Assembly: GCA_029838215.1 (NCBI GenBank) | Contig: JALGVI010000057.1 | Span: 1-18,115 of the forward strand | Direction: 5' to 3' | DNA from: Candidatus Helarchaeota archaeon | Lineage (GTDB): Archaea > Asgardarchaeota > Lokiarchaeia > Helarchaeales > RDOG01 | DNA: 18,115 bases | Shown here: positions 1 through 7,571 of the stretch, one piece after another | How positions within the stretch are numbered: position 1 is the stretch's first letter | Layout of the letters: every line of letters begins with the position of its first letter | The notes under the pieces: model-generated | Seen by the model: the letters and a program-made list of their open reading frames with translations, nothing else | Told to the model about the DNA's origin: nothing | Databases searched by the model: none | Translations under genes and position numbers: made by a program

Positions 1-132
1 CAAAAGTTAGAGAAATTGGTGGAATTTGCATCCACGGACTTGGCGACAAGTCTCAGCCCTAGACCTGCATCTGAAAGCGATATTCGGCGAATCTTCGAAC
101 ATGCATGTGATGGAAAGCCAATTGATTTTTAA
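1..132 (+). CDS. 3' end of a probable iron-containing alcohol dehydrogenase family protein (partial, runs off the window)
   Basis: Frame 1 is open from the window edge: QKLEKLVEFASTDLATSLSPRPASESDIRRIFEHACDGKPIDF*. It resembles the Fe-ADH C-terminal pattern (N/S)PRP-x3-D-I-x2-I-F/L-x2-A. Only 43 aa are visible. Confidence 0.6.
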   Translation, partial: QKLEKLVEFASTDLATSLSPRPASESDIRRIFEHACDGKPIDF

Positions 133-299
133 ATTTCGATCTCCGATATGGGGACATTCAAAGAAACTCGAAATTTTTCAAGTTTTCCCGCTAATGCCAT
201 GAGTGCATGAGATACATGATTGCCGGAGATCAGAAATCTTGAAACTCCCTTCTTCTTAAAAAGCATTTTCAACTTCTCTTTTTTTTCATCACCTGACAA
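129..299 (-). CDS. Candidate small protein, 56 aa from TTG299 or 45 aa from ATG266; function unknown, weak Alba-like motif
   Basis: Hand translation: (M)SGDEKKEKLKMLFKKKGVSRFLISGNHVSHALMALAGKLEKFRVSLNVPISEIEI*. Its TAA (131-129) overlaps the convergent upstream gene's TAA (130-132). It is below the ORF-track cutoff. Confidence 0.25.
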   Translation of the reverse strand: MSGDEKKEKLKMLFKKKGVSRFLISGNHVSHALMALAGKLEKFRVSLNVPISEIEI

Positions 300-369
300 A
301 TTATTGAAAAGCAGTGATATCTAAAAAACAATATGCGAAAGAAATTTATTCTCATTCATAAAAAACAGC

Positions 370-1320
370 TTGACGATTTTAAGACTTCCAGATGATGATT
401 CAATGGTTAATGATGACAATTCACTAGATAGGGATGAGTTGATCGAACAGTTAATGAAGTTTGATCTTTCTAGGGAAGAAGCTGAAATTTACTTGTTGCT
501 TTTAGAATACAAGAGCATGATAGTTCGGGACTTAAATAAGAAAATTCCTCAGATTCAGCGCACTTATCTCTATAATTATCTGGATAAGTTGTCCCGAAGC
601 GGTTGGGTGCATATTAATACGGTAACAAAGCCCCAAAGTTATAATCCCTATACGCCCGAAGAAGTATTGCTACGGCGCATTGAAGAAAAAAAGGAAGAAA
701 TCAAGAAAATAAAAGAAGATTTTGATGAATTGATGAATGATGTCTATCCCGATTTATTGAAAAAATTGAATTCTCTTTATTTAGGTTCTTGGAACAACAT
801 TTCATCCAATTACATTGCCCTTTTTAAGGAATATTTTAAAGACCTTCCCATTCGGGTCGAAAACGCGATTATTGAACCTCACTCTAATCCATATCTCAAT
901 TTTTTTCTTCCCGTGTGTAATTTTCACGGTTTTTTTATTGCACATCATAAAAAACCCATCTCTGATGAGTATTTAGTGCATTTTTATGAATTTGAAACAA
1001 GTGATTTCTTTAAGGAATCATTTGAATTTCTAGAATTGATTTTTTCATATCGAGTAAAAGAGATGGTCAGAATACTCGCACGGCGTGAAAGTCTAAAGGA
1101 AATCATGGCACCCGTCCCGCGAACTCGAAATATAGAAGGATTGAAAATTAATATTGAAGATATTCGGTACCAAAAAGGTGAATCCGAGCTTACTGCTTTT
1201 TTAGTGCATCCCTTCTTGATAAATAAGAGAAATAACATCCTGATGTTCATGTTTGCAAATAAAAAGAAAAATGGCGAAAAGCTTCTTGAATGGATTATAA
1301 AACGTTTTAAAGCAAGCTAG
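370..1320 (+). CDS. TrmB-family transcriptional regulator (N-terminal winged HTH, unrecognised C-terminal domain); start may be ATG403
   Basis: N-terminus LMKFDLSREEAEIYLLLL...IQRTYLYNYLDKLSRSGWV...KPQSYNPYTPEEVL followed by a coiled coil matches the TrmB HTH pattern (L-x2-lGLs-x2-Ea-x-vYl-x-Ll ... Rt-x-vY-x2-L-x2-L-x3-GwV). Confidence 0.75.
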   Translation: MTILRLPDDDSMVNDDNSLDRDELIEQLMKFDLSREEAEIYLLLLEYKSMIVRDLNKKIPQIQRTYLYNYLDKLSRSGWVHINTVTKPQSYNPYTPEEVLLRRIEEKKEEIKKIKEDFDELMNDVYPDLLKKLNSLYLGSWNNISSNYIALFKEYFKDLPIRVENAIIEPHSNPYLNFFLPVCNFHGFFIAHHKKPISDEYLVHFYEFETSDFFKESFEFLELIFSYRVKEMVRILARRESLKEIMAPVPRTRNIEGLKINIEDIRYQKGESELTAFLVHPFLINKRNNILMFMFANKKKNGEKLLEWIIKRFKAS

Positions 1321-2237
1321 ATGATTTTTACCCGCATTTTGATGTATTTTTTCTTCTGCATTTTTTCTAAAATCGCATTCAGTTCATCCATTGTCAGGTT
1401 TATACCTTTCTCATTTAAAATCCCAAGAATTTCTGAAACGGTATATTTCCCGTTGCAAAGCTTGGAAACCTCTAATTCTTTCGGCGTGATCAATCCTAGT
1501 TCCATGGCAAGTGCGGGAATGGGCTTAATGTACATTGGCGTTTTCTCAATGATATCTCCTTTAATGTTGAGTTCCACGCGCTTTTTTGCCTCAAATGCGT
1601 CAAGAATGGAATATACGGTATGCACGTCTAATCCTGTTTCTTTTGAAATCGTGACAATATCATGGTTTCCGTCACAATATCTAAGCACGGCCATCTGGTC
1701 TATGAGAAAGCGCTCTTTTTCCTTTATTGGCTTAATTAATCTCGGAAAGACTTGTGGATATTGTTCCACTTGTTGATCCATTGGAGCGACTTCAATTGCG
1801 ACACTGGCAGCACTGGCTGCGCCGGCAACCCCTGAGTCCACGACCGCCTGCTCTTCTATTGGCGCGACCTCTCCAATAACATCTTGAAGCTCACTCGCAT
1901 ATTGAAGCAAGTCCGATTTATAACCCAAAAGTTGTCCTACCAGCCCTTTTTTCGTAAATAGGACTATTATTACTGAATTTGATACCTTGAAAAACACGAG
2001 ATTTTTACCCGAGAGAGGTATCGAGTGGTCTCCGATGTTAAGCATGTTGAAGTTCATTCTTGTAAAATCAACCAGGTAATCTCCAAATTCCTTGAATTCA
2101 GATTCATCAGAATAGTGGATCGTTCCATTACGATCAATGACTGTTATGTATGGACGTGTCCCTATTACTCTACCCAATTCTTGGGTAATTGTTTTCGTTA
2201 TTTTGTTCATTCTTTTTTGCATTTCTTTCGTATCCAT
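1317..2237 (-). CDS. Roadblock/longin/profilin-like N-terminal domain, Ala-rich linker and two tandem winged-helix repeats (NPRL2-like architecture)
   Basis: Long ORF. ATG2237 follows a GGTGGT RBS-like motif 4 nt after the upstream stop. The N-terminus has an alpha-beta-beta-alpha-beta-beta-beta-alpha pattern (YITVIDRNGTIHYS; NLVFFKV; VIIVLFT). There are two copies of P-x2-IKPI...C(D/N)G-x5-I...IL-x5-KK-x-(V/I). Confidence 0.7.
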   Translation of the reverse strand: MDTKEMQKRMNKITKTITQELGRVIGTRPYITVIDRNGTIHYSDESEFKEFGDYLVDFTRMNFNMLNIGDHSIPLSGKNLVFFKVSNSVIIVLFTKKGLVGQLLGYKSDLLQYASELQDVIGEVAPIEEQAVVDSGVAGAASAASVAIEVAPMDQQVEQYPQVFPRLIKPIKEKERFLIDQMAVLRYCDGNHDIVTISKETGLDVHTVYSILDAFEAKKRVELNIKGDIIEKTPMYIKPIPALAMELGLITPKELEVSKLCNGKYTVSEILGILNEKGINLTMDELNAILEKMQKKKYIKMRVKII

Positions 2238-2241
2238 CAAG

Positions 2242-2688
2242 TCAAAAACCACCATCACGAACAACAATTCGGTTTTTTACCTTAATGCAAAGATTTCCTT
2301 GTTCGTCAAGACACTCTTGAACAGTTTCGATATTCAATTTGTTTCGTTTGATGTAAACATTTGAAACATGGCTTTTAACGGTCATTTCCGTTCCTGCCTT
2401 GGGCAATTTTAAGAATTCATACCCCTGGCTTGCGTGCAATATCTTCAGTGGATTTTTAATTAATTTCTCTCCATTCTCATCCACGATTTCTCGCGTGGAC
2501 TTATTTCCTGCTTCTCGAACAAGGACACATGTAAAGGCAGGCGACATTAATCCATCTTTCAGGTATTCAGGACGTGTATCTCCCGTAACTTTTTGGTATT
2601 GAATGAGTCGGTCCACCGGTATTTTCCACTTTCTCGTCCCTAGATCGTGACCAATGTACTTCTCATATTTTTTTTCAGGACTCGACAT
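2242..2688 (-). CDS. MaoC-like / FAS1-type dehydratase hotdog-fold protein
   Basis: Motifs YQKVTGDTRPEY, SPAF, ILHASQGYEF, KAG-x-EMTV and DEQGNLC-x-K-x4-VVR match the MaoC N-terminal hotdog family. ATG2688 is preferred over TTG2697, with AGGTGAG upstream. Confidence 0.8.
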   Translation of the reverse strand: MSSPEKKYEKYIGHDLGTRKWKIPVDRLIQYQKVTGDTRPEYLKDGLMSPAFTCVLVREAGNKSTREIVDENGEKLIKNPLKILHASQGYEFLKLPKAGTEMTVKSHVSNVYIKRNKLNIETVQECLDEQGNLCIKVKNRIVVRDGGF

Positions 2689-2815
2689 GAATATCAAAAC
2701 TCACCTTGTTAAAAAAACAAGCAAATAATCCATATTTAATTCTTTTTTGTCATAAATTATACATGAAAATTTTGACTTAAAACTAGAATAGGAGTTGATA
2801 TTTTATTCATTTTGG

Positions 2816-2822
2816 AAAAAAA
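2816..2822 (-). terminator. Oligo-T archaeal terminator candidate downstream of the histone gene
   Basis: T7 run on the minus strand 18 nt after the histone stop codon. Confidence 0.4.
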
Positions 2823-2839
2823 GAGGAGATTAAGTATAA

Positions 2840-3055
2840 TTAGAGCGATTTGATTGCGAGTTCGATGTCTGCTCCCGTAATTTTCTTTCTCTTTGCATGT
2901 TTTGCAAATCTGATGGCTTTTTCCGTAATGGCTTTTGTTTCTTCCTCAAGCACGGTGATCAGATAATCGACAGCATCTTTCGCAACGATCTTTGCTCCAG
3001 CTGAGGTCATGAGTGCTCGGAGCGGTGACCATGCAAAATATCTTTTTTTTGCCAT
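2840..3055 (-). CDS. Archaeal histone (HMf/HTkA-like fold), Asgard-type variant
   Basis: 71 aa. SPLRALMTSAGAKIVAKDAV...HAKRKKITGADIELA aligns without gaps to HMfB (AGAERVSDDA...HAGRKTIKAEDIELA). Confidence 0.95.
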   Translation of the reverse strand: MAKKRYFAWSPLRALMTSAGAKIVAKDAVDYLITVLEEETKAITEKAIRFAKHAKRKKITGADIELAIKSL

Positions 3056-3116
3056 GATTCATCCCTTCAAAATTCCATATCTATTGAATGGTTATTATTT
3101 TTAAAATCGGAGGCAA

Positions 3117-3124
3117 TATATAAA
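3117..3124 (-). promoter_or_regulatory. TATA box of the histone gene
   Basis: TTTATATA on the minus strand, preceded by A-rich BRE-like AAAAAG, about 62 nt upstream of ATG3055. Confidence 0.6.
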
Positions 3125-3304
3125 CTTTTTGCTTTATTTCAAGAAATTCCCGAATTCTTTGAACTGCTGGTATCATAATTCGACAAAAACGCTTCAATAT
3201 CAATGAGGTCCTTGAACATGTTTCAAAAAGAATCGACAAAAATAATTTTTATCATCTTGATGTGATATATGATCGACATGAAAAATTCGTGAGAAAAATC
3301 TTGG

Positions 3305-5119
3305 ATGAGAAATATCATGGAAAAACACGTAGGAGAAATCAGGCTTAGGGGTTCAATTCCCAAAATAGGAATAAGACCCGTCATTGATGGCAGAAGGAAA
3401 GGTGTTAGAGAATCGCTGGAAGAACAGACAATGAACCTATCGAAAGCGGTGGCTTCTTTTCTTTCAAACGAACTATGCCATCCAAATGGACTCCCTGTTA
3501 AGTGCGTAATTGCAGATTCGACAATTGGGGGTGTTGCGGAAGCGGCTGAATGTGCCGAATTGTTCAGGAAAGAAAATGTAATGGTCTCCATTACCGTAAC
3601 GTCGTGCTGGTGTTATGGCACGGAAACAATGGATATGGACCCGCACGTTCCGAAAGCCGTCTGGGGATTTAATGGGACGGAAAGACCCGGTGCAGTATAT
3701 CTTGCTGCCGTGTTGGCAGGGTATAATCAAAAGGGACTTCCTGCATTTGGAATTTATGGAAAAGACGTTCAAGATGCTACGGATAACACGATTCCCGATG
3801 ACGTTAAAGAAAAACTATTGCGGTTTGCTCGAGCAGGTCTGGCGGTTGCGTGGATGAAAGGAAAAACATATCTCTCCTTGGGAGCCGTGTCAATGGGCAT
3901 TGCGGGCTCGATCGTGAACGAGATGTTTTTCCAAAATTATCTCGGAATGCGCAACGAATACGTGGATATGTCCGAGTTCATCCGGAGGCTTAATCTTGCA
4001 ATCTACGATATGGACGAATTCACTCGCGCAATGACATGGGTGCGGGAAAAATGCAAGGAAGGTAAAGACCTAAACCCTCCTGCTTCCCAAAAATCCCGGG
4101 CTGAAAAAGATGAAGATTGGGAAACCGTCGTGAAAATGACGTTGATTGCTCGTGACTTGATGGTAGGAAATGAAAAACTAAAAAAATTCGGACATGACGA
4201 AGAAGCACTCGGTCATGATGCCATTCTGGCTGGATTCCAAGGACAACGTCAATGGACTGATTTCATGCCCAATGGCGATTTCCTCGAGGCGATCCTGAAC
4301 TCTTCGTTTGACTGGAACGGACTCCGACAGCCATATCTCATGGCAACCGAAAATGATTCTCTTAACGGCGTCGTGATGTTGTTTGGACATTTATTGACCA
4401 ATACTGCTCAAATTTTTGCCGACGTGAGAACCTTCTGGAGCCCGGAAGCCGTCAAGAGAGTTACTGGGATGGAACTCACGGGACTGGCAAAAAACGGGAT
4501 CATTCATCTAATCAATTCCGGTTCTGCATGTTTGGATGGGACGGGACAACAATCTAAAGATGGAAAACCCTGCATCAAACCATTCTGGGAAATCACCGAA
4601 GAAGAAGTGGAAAAATGCCTGGAAGCAACGCGTTGGGATCCCGCCATTTTAGAATACTTTCGTGGTGGCGGATACTCCTCGAATTTCTTAACGATCGGCG
4701 AAATGCCGGTTACAATGTCAAGAATAAATCTGGTTCACGGTTTGGGTCCGGTATTACAAATCGCCGAAGGATTTGCCGTCAACCTTCCCAAGGAAATACA
4801 CGAAAAACTCGACGAGCGAACAAATCCAACGTGGCCAACAACGTGGTTCACGCCGAGACTCACGGGAAAAGGAGCGTTTAAAAGCGTATATTCCGTGATG
4901 AATAATTGGGGTGCAAATCATGCCGCAATTTGTTACGGACACGTCGGGGCGGATTTTATTACTTTGGCTTCAATGCTTAGAATTCCCACTTGCATGCATA
5001 ATATTCCTGACGAAAAAATCTTTAGACCTAGCATGTGGAACGCATTTGGAACGACCGACTTAGAAAGTGCCGACTTTAGGGCGTGTGAAAAATTAGGACC
5101 TCTCTATGGACGAAAATAA
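3305..5119 (+). CDS. fucI: L-fucose isomerase (L-fucose/D-arabinose isomerase); start may be ATG3317
   Basis: About 600 aa with [58 protein letters not shown] (catalytic Glu), FADVRT (catalytic Asp), LINSG, WPTTWF and WGANH (metal-binding His). Confidence 0.97.
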   Translation: MRNIMEKHVGEIRLRGSIPKIGIRPVIDGRRKGVRESLEEQTMNLSKAVASFLSNELCHPNGLPVKCVIADSTIGGVAEAAECAELFRKENVMVSITVTSCWCYGTETMDMDPHVPKAVWGFNGTERPGAVYLAAVLAGYNQKGLPAFGIYGKDVQDATDNTIPDDVKEKLLRFARAGLAVAWMKGKTYLSLGAVSMGIAGSIVNEMFFQNYLGMRNEYVDMSEFIRRLNLAIYDMDEFTRAMTWVREKCKEGKDLNPPASQKSRAEKDEDWETVVKMTLIARDLMVGNEKLKKFGHDEEALGHDAILAGFQGQRQWTDFMPNGDFLEAILNSSFDWNGLRQPYLMATENDSLNGVVMLFGHLLTNTAQIFADVRTFWSPEAVKRVTGMELTGLAKNGIIHLINSGSACLDGTGQQSKDGKPCIKPFWEITEEEVEKCLEATRWDPAILEYFRGGGYSSNFLTIGEMPVTMSRINLVHGLGPVLQIAEGFAVNLPKEIHEKLDERTNPTWPTTWFTPRLTGKGAFKSVYSVMNNWGANHAAICYGHVGADFITLASMLRIPTCMHNIPDEKIFRPSMWNAFGTTDLESADFRACEKLGPLYGRK

Positions 5120-5156
5120 ATACTTCGTGATTCTCTTGGGCGAAAATAATCCCATC

Positions 5157-5300
5157 TCATTTTTTTGAATATTTCCAAATGAAATCACGGATCGCGATTC
5201 TCATTGCCTCTGTCGTTGAAATATAGCATCCTTGTTCGATCAATGCTTCAATCTCTTGAAGATACACTTGTGGTAGTTTTACACTAAACCTTCTGAGCAT
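5157..5300 (-). CDS. Ribbon-helix-helix (CopG/Arc/MetJ family) DNA-binding protein, 47 aa
   Basis: Hand translation MLRRFSVKLPQVYLQEIEALIEQGCYISTTEAMRIAIRDFIWKYSKK* fits the archaeal RHH pattern (sVkLP-x5-id-x-Lv-x2-G-x-Y-x-s-x-sEaiR-x-AiRdf). GGAGTG RBS upstream. Confidence 0.85.
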   Translation of the reverse strand: MLRRFSVKLPQVYLQEIEALIEQGCYISTTEAMRIAIRDFIWKYSKK

Positions 5301-5502
5301 TTTCAACACTCCATTTGCTTAGTTTCTAAATCCGTGCTCCCGTTTTTATAGTTTTTCTTAAAAGATTGAAATTCCTTGCTTTAAAACTTGTTTTTTTGAA
5401 ATTTTTTAAGACAAAATTTTAATTTTTAAAATAATTTGTAAATCCAAAATGGGAATTTGAAGACTTAAAATTATGACTAATATCGACAGTTATCAAAAGT
5501 CA

Positions 5503-5799
5503 TTAATCGTTTCTCTTCCGTTCCCAACAAACAAAGACGTCGAAATCCACAGAACCCATTGCTTTTATGACTGCTATATTATCAAAATTAGGCAGTTTCT
5601 GAAGACGTTCAATCAACGAGTTAATCGCAGGAGTTTCCCCATTTATGACCAAGACATCCGAATTGCCGACCAAAACCCAAAACACGTCTTCAATCCAAGG
5701 ACCTTGATCGGTTGTTAAAATCATTACTTGTTCGAGATCCTTGAACAATAACTTCTTTGGATTATCTACATCATAAATGACTGTGTCCTCACCGACCAA
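5503..5799 (-). CDS. Conserved hypothetical protein (bacterial-type family with TTDxGPWxEDVFW ... LQxLPxFDN motifs); start uncertain
   Basis: ILTTDQGPWIEDVFWVL and LIERLQKLPNFDNIAVIKAMGS...FVCWER resemble a widespread uncharacterised small protein family. The frame stays open about 90 nt upstream of TTG5799 with no ATG/GTG. Confidence 0.7.
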   Translation of the reverse strand: MVGEDTVIYDVDNPKKLLFKDLEQVMILTTDQGPWIEDVFWVLVGNSDVLVINGETPAINSLIERLQKLPNFDNIAVIKAMGSVDFDVFVCWERKRND

Positions 5800-6010
5800 T
5801 ATGTTATATTCCCAGTCGTGTGCTTCTAAGAACTTTGGGACATCCTGCTTTTCAAGTTTCGCATGAACACCACTTTTTATTCCTAATCTTTAATTACTTG
5901 AATGATTTTAAAAGATGCTGTTTTGATAATTTTCTTGACGATTATTTTTTTAGAATGGTTCAATTTAATTTATATTAACAACTTGAAATTTGAAATAAAG
6001 TTTAAATAAT

Positions 6011-6031
6011 TGTGTAAATAATTTTTACACA
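6011..6031. promoter_or_regulatory. Palindromic candidate operator TGTGTAAA-N5-TTTACACA
   Basis: Perfect 8-bp inverted repeat with a 5-nt spacer, 52 nt upstream of ATG6083, in a divergent intergenic region. Confidence 0.4.
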
Positions 6032-6082
6032 GAATTAATGATTTAATAAACACGATAATTAATCTTGTAGAAGGAAGATAAA

Positions 6083-7504
6083 ATGGAATATGAAGAGATC
6101 GTGGCGAATTTACGTAGAATTGTTACATCACCTGTTCACAGATTTCCTGAAGAAACTATTGCAAGGATTAAAAAGGAATATTATGATAAGCATCCGAAAT
6201 CCGCCAAGTTATTTGAAGATGCAAAGAAAGTCATTCCCGGTGGCGTTGAACATAACTTGAGCCTCAATCATCCTTTTCCTTTGACCATTGATCGCGTGAA
6301 AGGTTGCAAGATGTGGGACGTTGACGGTAATGAGTTCATTGATTACCTGATGTGTGGCGCTCCCATCATTTTAGGGCATCATTTTGACGAATTAGACGAT
6401 AAAATCATTGAAATCATAAGGGAAAAGGGTCCGTCATCGGGCGTTACTTCTGAATACGAAATTTTGGCTGCGAAAGAAATAATAAAACACATGCCTGCAG
6501 TTGAAATGGTTCGTTTTTTTCAATCCGGAACCGAAGCTGTCATGGCTGCACTTCGACTTGCGCGCGTGTTTACTGACAAGAAATACATCATAAAAATTGG
6601 GGGTTCATATCATGGTTGGTCCGATCAGGTTGTATTTGACCTCCACATCCCAAATACGGGCCCTATTGAAGCGAGCGGCATTCCGGGTTCCTGTCAGAAA
6701 TATACAATGGGTGTCGAACCCAATAAATTCAAAAAATTAAGACGAGCCTTTGAAAAAGCCGAGAAAAAAGGCGGAGGTGTGGCAGCGGTCATTGTAGAAC
6801 CTGTTGGTGGAGAGTCGGGAACTCATCCAGTGCACCCCGATTGGAACAAGACCATCAGGGAATTATGCGATGAATTTGGTGCGCTCATGATTTTCGATGA
6901 AGTTGTCACGGGCTTTCGATTAGATATGGGTGGAGCTCAAAAATACTTCGGAATCAATCCCGATTTGACCGTTCTCGGCAAGATCATAGGTCACGGATAT
7001 CCATCAGCGGGAGCTCTTGCAGGAAAAAAAGAAATAATGATAAACCTCGCGGCGGGTGTCGAAGGCATCAAAAAACGCGCTTATTGCGGTGGAACGCTGG
7101 CAGCTAATCCCATCACGACTGCCGCTTGTTATTGGGCAATAAAGTTGATGGAAAAGCATGATGCTGTTAAAAAAGCAACAAATTTTGCAAATAAACTCAC
7201 AAAAGAGATGAATGACCTCTATTCCCGAAGAGAAGACTTGCCATTTTTCGTGTATAATTTTGGTCCAATAATGCATTATGAGACATCAAGTTTCTTTGCC
7301 GTGAAATTGACGGACAAGGATGCAATGAATCAAATTTTCATCAGGCGAGAAATTGCAGAAGAATACCAAATGGCGATTCACAATCAAGGCGTGCATACCC
7401 TGGCTGGAACGCGGATGTACACCTGCATGCAACACGATCAGGAAGCCATTGATAAAACACTTAAAGCATGGGAGTATTGCCTTAACCTAATCCCTAAAAA
7501 ATGA
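6083..7504 (+). CDS. Class III PLP-dependent aminotransferase, glutamate-1-semialdehyde aminomutase (HemL)-like; substrate uncertain
   Basis: WDVDGNEFIDY, PIILGH, RFFQSGTEA, SYHG, FDEVVTGFR, PDLTVLGKIIG (PLP lysine) and GTLAANP. Confidence 0.9.
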   Translation: MEYEEIVANLRRIVTSPVHRFPEETIARIKKEYYDKHPKSAKLFEDAKKVIPGGVEHNLSLNHPFPLTIDRVKGCKMWDVDGNEFIDYLMCGAPIILGHHFDELDDKIIEIIREKGPSSGVTSEYEILAAKEIIKHMPAVEMVRFFQSGTEAVMAALRLARVFTDKKYIIKIGGSYHGWSDQVVFDLHIPNTGPIEASGIPGSCQKYTMGVEPNKFKKLRRAFEKAEKKGGGVAAVIVEPVGGESGTHPVHPDWNKTIRELCDEFGALMIFDEVVTGFRLDMGGAQKYFGINPDLTVLGKIIGHGYPSAGALAGKKEIMINLAAGVEGIKKRAYCGGTLAANPITTAACYWAIKLMEKHDAVKKATNFANKLTKEMNDLYSRREDLPFFVYNFGPIMHYETSSFFAVKLTDKDAMNQIFIRREIAEEYQMAIHNQGVHTLAGTRMYTCMQHDQEAIDKTLKAWEYCLNLIPKK

Positions 7505-7513
7505 ATTAAAATC

Positions 7514-7545
7514 TTCTTTTTTTCAGCTTTTAAAAATAAAAAATA
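7514..7545. terminator. Bidirectional oligo-T terminator region between convergent genes
   Basis: T7 run on the + strand (7517-7523) and A-runs (T-runs on the - strand, about 7532-7542) between stops at 7504 and 7572. Confidence 0.4.
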
Positions 7546-7571
7546 AGGACGATTTAGTTCATGGGAGGAGT

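Noticed and set aside
1321-1776. 151-aa plus-strand ORF (also 984-1250, 2025-2285, 2137-2364, 2399-2602)
   Set aside because: Fully antisense to better-supported genes.
3223-4942. Several short ORFs within or antisense to fucI
   Set aside because: They overlap a highly conserved gene and have no independent coding signal.
5473-5718. 81-aa plus-strand ORF
   Set aside because: Antisense to the motif-bearing minus-strand gene 5503-5799.
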